Assembly (NCBI GenBank): GCA_050010755.1
Contig: JBEKKK010000003.1
Span: 64,001-128,000 of the forward strand
Origin: Candidatus Bathyarchaeia archaeon
Lineage (GTDB): Archaea > Thermoproteota > Bathyarchaeia > Bathyarchaeales > Bathycorpusculaceae
Length of the DNA: 64,000 nucleotides
Direction: 5' to 3'
Positions 50,738 through 59,618 of the stretch are shown in pieces. Position numbers and translations under genes: made by a program. Below the pieces are notes generated by a model that did not search any database, was not told where the DNA came from, and saw only the letters and a program-made list of their open reading frames with translations. The first letter of the stretch is position 1. Every line of letters begins with the position of its first letter.

Positions 50738-51697
50738 TTGACCAGAACTCAAGAAATCGCACAGGGTGTTCTGAAAGGCGATCGCAGAAGCATAGCAAAA
50801 GCCATAACAATCATCGAGAACAGCACGCCTGAAGCCCAAGAACTCATTGCAACCGTTTTTCCCCACACGGGAAGAGCCCACATCATAGGCTTAACCGGAG
50901 CCGGCGGAGCTGGAAAAAGCACGCTCATCGAGAAAATCATCCGCGAATACAGACAAAAAGGCAAAACAGTGGGCATTATCGCCGTAGACCCCACGAGTCC
51001 CTTCACAGGAGGGGCATTCCTAGGCGACAGAATCCGTATGCAAGAATTGAGCACCGACGAGGGCGTCTACATAAGAAGCATGGCAACCCGCAACTACGCG
51101 GGCGGAGTATCAAAAGCAACAAAGGACGCAGCAAAAATACTGGACGCCGCAGGAAAAGACATAGTCATCGTCGAAACCGCCGGTGCCGGCCAGTCTGAAG
51201 TCGAGATCGTCAACGTAGCCCAAACAATCGTTGTCATGCACGCTCCAGGGCTCGGAGACGAGATACAAGCGATAAAAGCGGGAATAATGGAAATAGCAGA
51301 CATATTCGTGATAAACAAAGCCGACCGAGAAAACGCAGACAAGACCGCCACAGACATACAAGCGATGCTCCAGATGAGCAACAAGAAAGACGGATGGAAA
51401 CCGCCCGTGCTCAAAACAGTGGCGCTCACCGGCGAAGGCGTCCCAGAACTCATCGAAAAAATCGAAGAACACAGATGCTTCCTCGAAACAGACACGAAGC
51501 ACAGAGAAAACCTGTTGAAAACCAAGGCCGAAGCAGAGCTGATAGAAGCCATAAAAGAAAGGATATCCAAGGTACTCGTAAACCAGCTTAAGAGAGAAGG
51601 AAAACTCGACAAACTCCTCAGCGAAATCGTCGAAAAAAAGACAGACCCAGCTTCCGCGGCTGAAAAACTCGTCAGGAAAACGATTAACCATGTCTAA
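50738..51697 (+). CDS. meaB: Mutase-associated GTPase MeaB
   Basis: GAGGAGKST, AVDPTSPFTGGAFLGDRIRM, NKAD. Confidence 0.93.
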   Translation: MTRTQEIAQGVLKGDRRSIAKAITIIENSTPEAQELIATVFPHTGRAHIIGLTGAGGAGKSTLIEKIIREYRQKGKTVGIIAVDPTSPFTGGAFLGDRIRMQELSTDEGVYIRSMATRNYAGGVSKATKDAAKILDAAGKDIVIVETAGAGQSEVEIVNVAQTIVVMHAPGLGDEIQAIKAGIMEIADIFVINKADRENADKTATDIQAMLQMSNKKDGWKPPVLKTVALTGEGVPELIEKIEEHRCFLETDTKHRENLLKTKAEAELIEAIKERISKVLVNQLKREGKLDKLLSEIVEKKTDPASAAEKLVRKTINHV

Positions 51698-52220
51698 ACT
51701 CGAGAAAGGACTCATCCAAGTTTACACCGGAAACGGAAAAGGAAAAACATCCGCAGCCTTCGGCCTAGCGCTGAGAGCAACAGGCAGAGGGCTCAGCGTA
51801 TACGTGATCCAGTTCATCAAGGGCGGGTTCGACTACGGCGAACTCCACATTCTGGACAAACTTCCCAACATCACCCTCAAAGCCTTCGGAAGAGGCAAGT
51901 TCATAACGGCAAAGCCACCTGAAAAAGAAGACATCAAACTCGCCGAAGAAGCCCTCAAACTGGCAAAAGAAATCACAGAAGCCGGAGAACACGACATCGT
52001 CATACTCGACGAAATCAACGTCGCCATAGACCTAAAACTCATAAAACTCCAAGAAGTCATCGAAATCATAAAAAAGAAACCCGACAACGTTGAAATCATC
52101 CTAACCGGCCGCAACGCACCAGAAGAAATAATCAACCTCGCAGACCTCGTCACGGAGCTCAAGGACATCAAGCACCCATTCCATAAAGGCTTCAAAGCCC
52201 GAAAAGGAATCGAATACTAA
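51690..52220 (+). CDS. cobA: Cob(I)alamin adenosyltransferase (CobA/BtuR type)
   Basis: YTGNGKGKT, QFIKG, ILDE, LTGR, KHPF..G..ARKGIEY. Confidence 0.92.
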   Translation: MSKLEKGLIQVYTGNGKGKTSAAFGLALRATGRGLSVYVIQFIKGGFDYGELHILDKLPNITLKAFGRGKFITAKPPEKEDIKLAEEALKLAKEITEAGEHDIVILDEINVAIDLKLIKLQEVIEIIKKKPDNVEIILTGRNAPEEIINLADLVTELKDIKHPFHKGFKARKGIEY

Positions 52221-52300
52221 ATTTTCACACGACGCGGCGCGCGCGCAATAGCAACATTTCTTCTAACCATTTTCTTTGGTGGTTGTATTGTTTCGCTCAA
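52217..52300 (-). pseudogene. 5' fragment of a paralog of 53097-53684, marking the left junction
   Basis: MSETIQPPKKMVRRNVAIA matches MSQTKPSETKPKKMVSRSLAIT; similarity ends near 52243. Confidence 0.7.
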
Positions 52301-52477
52301 TTTTGAACCTCTAGTTTGTCTTCTGTTGCTGTGCCGACAAGATTTCTGTCTTTGAGGTTTTGCGGAAAAGTTATAGCTAACTCGGTCTTTCTAGTTCCGA
52401 TTTCTAACTCAGATAGTGGTCAAACTAGCTTAAAAGGACTGATAGAAGAATCCTCTAGCCTCAGTTAATCAGAGAAG

Positions 52478-52993
52478 CTAACCAATTGTGATTTTTGGTT
52501 GGCTCTTAGATTTTGTCTCCTCAACTTCTTTCTTGAGGTCTTCAAATTCCTTCTTCATTGTTTGACCAATATCTTTAATGGCTAAAAGACCCATCAAAAG
52601 AAATAGAATAGTCGAACCGACAAAGGAAAGGGGCAACCAACCATCTAAGTTTTGTTTTTCCCAATTCACTAGCCATCCGTAACTCATCAAAGTAGAAACC
52701 ACATAGCCGAAAAAGGTAATTCCCATTCCCCAGCTTAGATAAACAGGGAATCCACCCTGTTCTTCAATAGTTGTCAGTTTGGTTTTCAGTTCGCTCAACT
52801 TTTCTGGTGATATGCGAGTGTCAGCTTTACGAGCACCTTCTTTGAACTTTTGAAGTGTTTCATAAACATCTTCCGCCCTATGACTGAAAATTCTCTTGTA
52901 CAAAGGAATAATCAATGCAAATACAGCAAGAACAAGACCCGCACCTGTTATGCTGGCTTGAAGTAGGGTCAAAACTAGGTTTTCATCAAGCAT
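52478..52993 (-). CDS. Hypothetical membrane protein
   Basis: Three TM segments plus coiled regions. Confidence 0.7.
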   Translation of the reverse strand: MLDENLVLTLLQASITGAGLVLAVFALIIPLYKRIFSHRAEDVYETLQKFKEGARKADTRISPEKLSELKTKLTTIEEQGGFPVYLSWGMGITFFGYVVSTLMSYGWLVNWEKQNLDGWLPLSFVGSTILFLLMGLLAIKDIGQTMKKEFEDLKKEVEETKSKSQPKITIG

Positions 52994-53096
52994 AGAGTAT
53001 TATATTCAACTGCTAGAACATAGGTTTTTCTAATTTGCATCCTTTCACAAATCTTTAAATCGCTATAGCAATACAAGACAAGCTAGGGGTTCAAAA

Positions 53097-53684
53097 ATGA
53101 GTCAAACAAAACCGAGCGAAACGAAACCAAAGAAAATGGTTAGTAGAAGTCTCGCTATTACGCTAGGAATAGTCTGCATTCTATTGATAGCTGGCTTAGG
53201 TGGAGCAATCGCTTACTACACTAATACAATCAACAACAAAGATTCAACATACAATGACTATGTTTCAACGCATCATCACACCGATTCCGATTACGGTTCA
53301 TTGAATACACAGAACACAAACCTACAAAACCAAGTAAATGGTCTCAATACCGCTCTCAACTTGGGCAATTCCACGGTCTGGGTTAGTGACCAAACGGTAA
53401 GTCAACCTGCTGGGGGTCTCGGAATTTCTTACACAACTTGGGCAGAATCAGCAAGCTATGCAGGATATGTTTCAATTAGCGTCACATCGTCAACAACTGC
53501 CAGCACCGATGCGAATGTAGTCTACTCTGCGTATGGCGTTAGCTATAACAATCCAATAACTGTTGGAACAAGTGGAACAGCAAACTTTCCCGTCTTGCCC
53601 TCTTCAAGCATAACAGTCGAAGTCGGAAACGGAAACTTAGTTGGCGGAGCAACAGAAACCGTAACAATAACATATTACTACTAA
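53097..53684 (+). CDS. Membrane-anchored protein (TM, short coiled coil, Ser/Thr-rich beta domain)
   Basis: N-terminal TM; SD GGGGT upstream. Confidence 0.75.
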   Translation: MSQTKPSETKPKKMVSRSLAITLGIVCILLIAGLGGAIAYYTNTINNKDSTYNDYVSTHHHTDSDYGSLNTQNTNLQNQVNGLNTALNLGNSTVWVSDQTVSQPAGGLGISYTTWAESASYAGYVSISVTSSTTASTDANVVYSAYGVSYNNPITVGTSGTANFPVLPSSSITVEVGNGNLVGGATETVTITYYY

Positions 53685-54032
53685 ACCATCTCTCTTTTTC
53701 TAGCCTAAACCATACGATACAAAAGGTTCTAGTCAAGCTGATTGAGGAATAGAACTATTTTCGTTGTCTAGTTGGCTTGAGGCTCGGTCCGAGCGGGGTT
53801 AAAGTAAGGCTCTAGTTAGAAGTCTCAAACCCCTTCGTCTGTTTGGGTGAGTGAAAAAGTCGAGTCGTAGTTGACCCATATTTCCCAAACTTCATCGTCA
53901 TCTTTCATCGGACCTTCTCAGCCAAATCATCGATGATTGTGAATAGTGGACCGAGAGAAGGTAGGTGCTCGTCACTCGGTCCAAGAGTCTTGAAACCTAG
54001 CGAAACACAGTAAGGTGGACGAGTGCTAGACT

Positions 54033-54458
54033 TCACGACTGTTCAACCTCTTCTTTTTTCTGGACCCATTTCTCGAAAAACTTAGGAAATGTTTTTCTCC
54101 ACTCCCGCATTTTAGGTTCTGAACCGTCCAAGTATTCCAAAGCTTTTGAGACAGCTTCAACCCGCTCTGATTTTCGCTCAAACACCCATTCTTTTTGGTC
54201 GCATTGATAGTCTTGGAATTCTGGAAAGCTGGCGTTCGGATGGTCCCTTCGATAATCGGAAAAAGTTTTGTAGAATGTTAAGTCTGTATCGATTAGCAAC
54301 AGCCCGTTTACATCTGAGGGAAAGAGCTTGGAAATAGTTTCGTTTACTGTTCTCAACATCTCGATTCTAGCCGATTCTCTTACTTCTTTTTGTTGCTCTC
54401 GGTAGTGCTGATTATACAGACGCTTTTGCTCTGCATCTTTAAACGGAAACTTTGTCAC
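54033..54458 (-). CDS. Hypothetical protein (element)
   Basis: ORF with AGGGGT SD; P.KD.E.KR.YN..Y N-terminus. Confidence 0.65.
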   Translation of the reverse strand: MTKFPFKDAEQKRLYNQHYREQQKEVRESARIEMLRTVNETISKLFPSDVNGLLLIDTDLTFYKTFSDYRRDHPNASFPEFQDYQCDQKEWVFERKSERVEAVSKALEYLDGSEPKMREWRKTFPKFFEKWVQKKEEVEQS

Positions 54459-54473
54459 ACCCCTTAGTGAATT

Positions 54474-54608
54474 GTGAAGGACTGCATTGAATCACCTAAA
54501 GTTGAGTTTTAGGTTACGGATTTTTCTATCTCCTAAGAGAATAGGGTCACGACACACACCATGGTAGGGAGTAATTCGTGCCATACCGTCCTTATGCAGT
54601 CCTGTCAC
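54474..54608 (-). ncRNA. Candidate multibranched structured intergenic RNA/ssDNA element
   Basis: Closing helix GTGA(C)AGGACTGCAT/ATGCAGTCCTTCAC enclosing hairpins ACCTAAA/TTTAGGT, CACGA/TCGTG and CTAT/ATAG. Confidence 0.5.
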
Positions 54609-54613
54609 TGTGC

Positions 54614-54811
54614 TCAATCGCTCCCTTCCCAGATTTGCACTAAGGTTGTTTGTTCTCTCTGAGTCTTAGCCTCTTTTTCTTGTCGTTTTCGAATTCGCTC
54701 TTGTTTTCTTTCATACTTGAGACTGTGGTCGATGGAGCAAAACGGAAAATCACCCACCCATGTAACAAGAGGACGGGGTATTTTTCGTTTACAATATTTA
54801 CATTTAGGCAA
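54614..54811 (-). CDS. Small Zn-finger (CxxC...FCS..H) protein
   Basis: CKYC...FCSIDH; overlaps the upstream ORF stop. Confidence 0.65.
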   Translation of the reverse strand: MPKCKYCKRKIPRPLVTWVGDFPFCSIDHSLKYERKQERIRKRQEKEAKTQREQTTLVQIWEGSD

Positions 54812-55325
54812 GAGCTTTCTTCTTCCTTTCTCGTTCGAGTTTCAAATCGGCGATTTCATTAAGTTTCTTCTGGAATTCAGCGTCTTCTTTGTCGTCCTTT
54901 TCGAGACCAGCCATAATCTTATCGTTGAAAGCTCGGTCCCGCTCTTCGATTCTCTCAAGCATTTCCAGAGTTTTTTGGTGAAGCTCATAATCTCGTGAAT
55001 CTATATCGTTGAGTCTTGCCAAAACATTATTGTGAAGCTCTTCGTTTTCCTTTTCTCGTTTCTGTAGAAAGTCAATCACGAGCTTACGCCAGTAGCCTTC
55101 GAAAGCCTCAGCATCTAGGAAAAGCTTGAATTCTTTTGCGGTAGCGTAGCGTTTTCTCACTTGATTAGCATACTCGATTCCGTGGGTTTTCTCTAAGGCT
55201 TTGCAGTAGTCGTCAACTTGCTTCTCGAAAGATACTTCTTGGTTTTGCTGTTCTTGCTGGTCGATTTCGTCCTCTGAGTTTTCTTCCTGTTCTGAATCTT
55301 CTTGGTTTTCGTTTTCTTCGTCCAT
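54804..55325 (-). CDS. Acidic coiled-coil hypothetical protein
   Basis: SD AGGTGA; E/Q-rich N-terminus. Confidence 0.7.
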   Translation of the reverse strand: MDEENENQEDSEQEENSEDEIDQQEQQNQEVSFEKQVDDYCKALEKTHGIEYANQVRKRYATAKEFKLFLDAEAFEGYWRKLVIDFLQKREKENEELHNNVLARLNDIDSRDYELHQKTLEMLERIEERDRAFNDKIMAGLEKDDKEDAEFQKKLNEIADLKLERERKKKALA

Positions 55326-55352
55326 ACTATCACCTTTTTGTTACTATGAAAT

Positions 55353-55430
55353 GTGAAGGCACGGCAGACTGAAAATGTCCGAAAGAGGCGTGATTTGTGC
55401 AAATAGGAGTAAGACCACCGTGCCCGTCAC
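55353..55430 (-). ncRNA. Candidate structured intergenic element with the same closing helix as 54474-54608
   Basis: GTGA(C)GGGCACGG/CCGTGCCTTCAC starting 4 nt after a stop codon. Confidence 0.45.
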
Positions 55431-55434
55431 CGTT

Positions 55435-55758
55435 CTATTCGAAGGGTAGGGTTTTATGGGGCTGTTTTGGTTGAAGTCGTTTCTTGCCTTCTTTGATTGG
55501 GTAACTGTCGCCTTCGGTGTATTCCTCTTCGGGGTTCTGTTCCTGTTTGTTGCCATCATCTGATTTGATGTCTGTTTGAATTGTTGGGTGCTGTGACATA
55601 TCAGCGTCTTGAGTTACAGCGTTGTCTTGTGGTGTGTAAGCATCAGCCTTAACTTCGTTGAAGTAGCTGGGGTCGTTGTAGTGTTTGTCCCTCTGTTTCT
55701 TTTTTGTTTCGTCCACATTCAACGATTCTTTATTGCCCGTTTCTTGATTGTTGCTCAT
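55435..55758 (-). CDS. Low-complexity hypothetical protein
   Basis: SD GGTGGTGA upstream. Confidence 0.65.
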   Translation of the reverse strand: MSNNQETGNKESLNVDETKKKQRDKHYNDPSYFNEVKADAYTPQDNAVTQDADMSQHPTIQTDIKSDDGNKQEQNPEEEYTEGDSYPIKEGKKRLQPKQPHKTLPFE

Positions 55759-55777
55759 GATTTTTTCACCACCTTTG

Positions 55778-56203
55778 TCAATTTTCTATCCACGGAAGAG
55801 CAAAATCTTCTGTGAGAAACAAACAACTGGCACTTGATATTTTTTCGAATGCCTCTTTTGAGCTAATCACTTTTTCGTCTTCGGAAATTTTGATTGAGAG
55901 ACCGTCATATTTCGAGCCAATCGAAATTTGCTCGGTACAACCTTCGCCTTCTTTATCGATTCGGCATACATAGATTTTCAAGCATCTTTCTGGCGTTTGT
56001 GGTTTGTCTGGGGCAAGTTTTATCATGCGTCCCGTGTGACCTTTAAGCAGTTTCACGGTCCAATTGACATAATCGTCTTCATTCCAGCACTTGATGTTTA
56101 CAGAGGTTTCTAAGAAGATTCTGGTTCGCCTTCCGTGCGAATCGGCATTTTCACGGTAGAAAATTATCGGCACTGTGATGTTTCTTCCTTCTTTGACTAA
56201 CAT
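55778..56203 (-). CDS. Hypothetical protein (element)
   Basis: Directly follows the 56205-56933 stop. Confidence 0.65.
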   Translation of the reverse strand: MLVKEGRNITVPIIFYRENADSHGRRTRIFLETSVNIKCWNEDDYVNWTVKLLKGHTGRMIKLAPDKPQTPERCLKIYVCRIDKEGEGCTEQISIGSKYDGLSIKISEDEKVISSKEAFEKISSASCLFLTEDFALPWIEN

Positions 56204-56204
56204 T

Positions 56205-56933
56205 TTAGCTTACCTTCTTCTGGCGTTCTTTCTGTCTCTGAGCTTCTGCCTCAGTTTCGAGATAGTAATTTTGACTTCTTTCCCTAGCCTTTTGTCGTTC
56301 TCGTTCGTTGCATCTGGCTAAATATCTTTGAAGCTCACTGTTAGGGTCGTTCTTTTCCGAACCCGTTAATTCAACTTGAACGGCACTTTTGCCCTCTTCT
56401 GATTTAGGATTATCACCGTTCGAACCGTAGCTGATATTTTGCCCGTTTTTCATAGCTTCAACCGTCTTACGCCATAATGCGTCCAACACCTGTTTAGCCT
56501 CAGCCTTTTCCTCTTGTGTGCCGTTTTGCTCAAGCTCACGCAAATGACTAACCATCGCCTCATGGCTTTCGAACTTCATGCTTTTCAAATCGCTGTTTTG
56601 GTTGCGTCCGAGTTGAGCGTCATTCATAGGTGCTGTGCCACTCGGTGCACCACGAGCTTCATCACGGAGCTTAACCAAGTTCGCAATAGCTGAATCCAAG
56701 TCTGCCTTTGTTGAAACATCACCTAAAGTCAAACCCAATTTCGCATAATCTTGGGCAAGACGCTGTTTTGTTTCGTCAAAGAACTTCTGAGCCTCTTCTG
56801 CACCTTCGAGACCTTTCGTCAAAAATTCGTTTTCGACTTTCTTTTGAGCTATCTCTTGAGCCATCTCTTTCATTGCGGTATCGTCTATATGCACTTCGAG
56901 CTTGTGCTTTTTCTGATTGTCTTCGGTGCTCAT
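56205..56933 (-). CDS. Coiled-coil hypothetical protein (scaffold-like composition)
   Basis: Helical and charged; ATGA coupling with the upstream ORF. Confidence 0.7.
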   Translation of the reverse strand: MSTEDNQKKHKLEVHIDDTAMKEMAQEIAQKKVENEFLTKGLEGAEEAQKFFDETKQRLAQDYAKLGLTLGDVSTKADLDSAIANLVKLRDEARGAPSGTAPMNDAQLGRNQNSDLKSMKFESHEAMVSHLRELEQNGTQEEKAEAKQVLDALWRKTVEAMKNGQNISYGSNGDNPKSEEGKSAVQVELTGSEKNDPNSELQRYLARCNERERQKARERSQNYYLETEAEAQRQKERQKKVS

Positions 56934-57298
56934 GCTTTAACACCTTTCAATTCTTTTCTGAGTTTTTGAGCAAGCTCTTTGTTTCCAGCAAGCTCGGCAT
57001 CTTCGACTTTTTGAAGGTCGGAATAGTATTTTTGCGCCTCTGGCGGGAGTTGACTTAGGTTGCAAAGTCCGAGAAAACTGTTCGAGAATTTCAGATGAAT
57101 TTCTTTGTTTGGCAAATCATACTCGGTACAGAAAAGCAGTCTTTTGCCTTCGTACAGGTCGGCGAGAATCTGCTTCACATTCTTTCCGAAAATCTCGTGT
57201 AGGATTGCCGTTGAATCTATGCCCGTAGCTTGAGTCAAGATTCTGAGCGTTTCGGCGGTTTCGGTTGTAATCCACGCCGTAGTTCTGTTTTGCGTCAT
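56930..57298 (-). CDS. Hypothetical protein, possible N-terminal RHH
   Basis: TTAWITTETAETLRIL...G.....IL. Confidence 0.6.
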   Translation of the reverse strand: MTQNRTTAWITTETAETLRILTQATGIDSTAILHEIFGKNVKQILADLYEGKRLLFCTEYDLPNKEIHLKFSNSFLGLCNLSQLPPEAQKYYSDLQKVEDAELAGNKELAQKLRKELKGVKA

Positions 57299-57425
57299 GA
57301 TTATCAGTCCTTTTGTCTATAATATAGCGTGCTAAGGTCAACTATATAAACTTAACGGTTCAGTTAGTGGCTTACGCCCTATCTTAGCCACTACAGGTAG
57401 CGGTTAGAAGAAAAAGAAGCTCAAA

Positions 57426-57443
57426 AATTAAGCTATTGATTAA
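57426..57443. repeat. 18-bp perfect inverted repeat, left copy AATTAAGCTATTGATTAA
   Basis: Reverse complement of 58788-58805. Confidence 0.85.
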
Positions 57444-57683
57444 ACGGACCCCGAATCGAACCGTAAACCTTAAATATTTGGGTTGCTACTCTATATTGAG
57501 TAAGCACAAATCAATCTAGCACGGGGATTGTCAACTCTCTTCATGTCGTACACTTTTTTCCCGTGCTTAAAATCACTAGCCGTAGTGCCTCATTCTTTGT
57601 TCTGGACACTAGCGAACCCGTAAAGCTTATATATAAAGGTTTGCGTTTCTTCCATCATACGACATAGAAGAGAAAACGATAGA

Positions 57684-57851
57684 ATGCCAGCACCTAACAT
57701 TGAAAACAACATCTGTCCGATTTGCGAAGCACGAGAAAAGAAGAACGGAAAAACTAAGCTCGGCAAAATTCGGTTCAGATGTCCTCATTGCGGTTTCAAC
57801 GAGACAATAGGCTCGGTAGCTCACAACAGAAGCAAGAGGTCACAAACATGA
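57684..57851 (+). CDS. 55-aa Zn-ribbon protein (IS1 InsA-like CPxC...KNG...G..R..CxxC)
   Basis: MPAPNIENNICPICEAREKKNGKTKLGKIRFRCPHCG; TGA overlaps the HNH ATG (ATGA); not in ORF track. Confidence 0.7.
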   Translation: MPAPNIENNICPICEAREKKNGKTKLGKIRFRCPHCGFNETIGSVAHNRSKRSQT

Positions 57852-58231
57852 GCTTCGGCATTATGAGAGACATCAGAAGACAGCAACAAAAAGAATATGC
57901 TCAGTCACCGCTCTATCAACTGAAAGCTCGAACAAGAGCAAAAACAAAAGCGCACCACTTGAGAAAAGACTTTTGCGAAACATGTGGTTCAACCACGGAC
58001 CTAGACACACACCACTTCACATACGAATTCGAATGGAGCTACAAAGACTGTGTAACCGTGTGCTCAAAATGTCACGGAATAATAGAAACATGGATGCACA
58101 AATTCGGACCAGACGAAACACGAGCCTTCGTCATCGACATAACAATCAAACGAACAAACCCACAACTAACAATCGACACCGACAAACCAAGCATTCACGA
58201 ACCAACACTAACCCTAACTCAGAGGACTTAA
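57848..58231 (+). CDS. HNH endonuclease-like protein
   Basis: CETCG...LDTHH..Y...CVTVCSKCH (canonical Asn position is Asp); start at coupled ATG 57848. Confidence 0.75.
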   Translation: MSFGIMRDIRRQQQKEYAQSPLYQLKARTRAKTKAHHLRKDFCETCGSTTDLDTHHFTYEFEWSYKDCVTVCSKCHGIIETWMHKFGPDETRAFVIDITIKRTNPQLTIDTDKPSIHEPTLTLTQRT

Positions 58232-58787
58232 CGACTGTGCCAATACGGACCTAACAATCGTGCCAATGAACGAGCGGGAACAAGTGAAGGTTCAAAAGTA
58301 GAAGACACTATCGTACAACAACGACACTAACAGCAACTTTATCTTTTCAGTAAGAATGCTTGATTTTGCTATAGACACACCAACAGCACCACAACAGAAA
58401 GTGTTAGTCATCTACACAGCACTAAGAGGGACTTCGAGATAATACACATGGAGTCTAAGCGTTCTTGAATAGGTCGAAAATGTGGATGTTTTTCTACACT
58501 AGGTTGTTTTGGTACACTACCACCCTACCTCTAGCCCTCTATGGGGAATTTATCGGTAAAATCTGGAAATATTGGAATCGCCTAGCTGGAATGCTGGAAA
58601 AATGGCTTATGAATCTTTGATGGAATCCGAGCCAATAATGAGCCGAAAATCATTGAAAAACCGTGGAAAATGCCGTCTGGAAAAATCGGTCCGTAAAATC
58701 TAATCTGAATCGAAAGTGCGCTTATGTATTAGGTGAGGTAGGTTCTGGGGGTGGGTCTGTTTCTGGGCTGTTGACCTGTCGAACGAG

Positions 58788-58805
58788 TTAATCAATAGCT
58801 TAATT
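58788..58805. repeat. 18-bp perfect inverted repeat, right copy TTAATCAATAGCTTAATT
   Basis: Reverse complement of 57426-57443. Confidence 0.85.
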
Positions 58806-59281
58806 AACCCAGAATAGGCTCCGTATCCTATGAAAGCCGTGATTCTTGACCCGTTCGCCGTGTCCATGCCGTTTCATCGTCCGTTGCTGTTCTTCTATAT
58901 AAACCGTTCGGTCTGGGCTTAATATATGTTGCGGAAAAATTAACCAATTAGTTAAACTGCTTGGCTAATTCGTCCATCCTCAGAGCTACAATTCATATCG
59001 CAAAGTTTACGATACCAAACCACGAATTAAGCCCAAAGAATGCCGCAAAAAGCAATAAACCAGAACTATAAAGTCAAAGTTACATTAAACCCTAACCTCA
59101 AAACAAAAACAGTTAAACAGCTTCAAAGTCCATGATAACAAGCCAAAACAAACCCAAAACAGCCACAAAACCCCCCTACCACTTCAAAACTCGAAGAAAA
59201 GGACAGGATTATGGTCCGTACCTGTATGATGTAGTGGTGGGTTGGGAATCTTGGAAAATTGAGCTAAAAGAGGATTGGCTC

Positions 59282-59539
59282 TTATTCTTCTTCGTCCTCT
59301 TCTTTCTCTTCCTTCTCTTCTTTCTCTTGTATCTTAGGCTCTCGCCTATAGGTTTGAAATAAGTCGTCTGTGTAACCTAAACGAAACATAGCGTCTTTGA
59401 ATTGATGTTTCGCTCTTGAAATCTTCTTTTTTTCGCTCCAATCCTTTCGCTCTAAAATCTCGACCCCGTACCTCAATATTTGCAGAATAGTTTGGAAGTG
59501 AGGCGGTTTCATGTCTTCAATTTTTGTTTTTCTTCTCAC
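59282..59539 (-). CDS. Small hypothetical protein with acidic tail
   Basis: GTG start at 59539 behind the conserved leader/SD GAGGGT. Confidence 0.6.
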   Translation of the reverse strand: MRRKTKIEDMKPPHFQTILQILRYGVEILERKDWSEKKKISRAKHQFKDAMFRLGYTDDLFQTYRREPKIQEKEEKEEKEEDEEE

Positions 59540-59618
59540 ATTGAACCCTCTAGTTTGTTTTCTGTTGCTGTGGAGATTTAAGGTTTTTTGATGTTGACAA
59601 ACAGGGAGAAAAAAGGGT

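Noticed and set aside
54474-55430. Canonical integron attC or bulge-helix-bulge sites
   Set aside because: No RYYYAAC/GTTRRRY boxes and no 3-4-3 BHB geometry; kept only as an unassigned structure
57684-57851. IS1-family insertion sequence
   Set aside because: Only the InsA-like Zn ribbon is present; the coupled gene is HNH, not a DDE InsB
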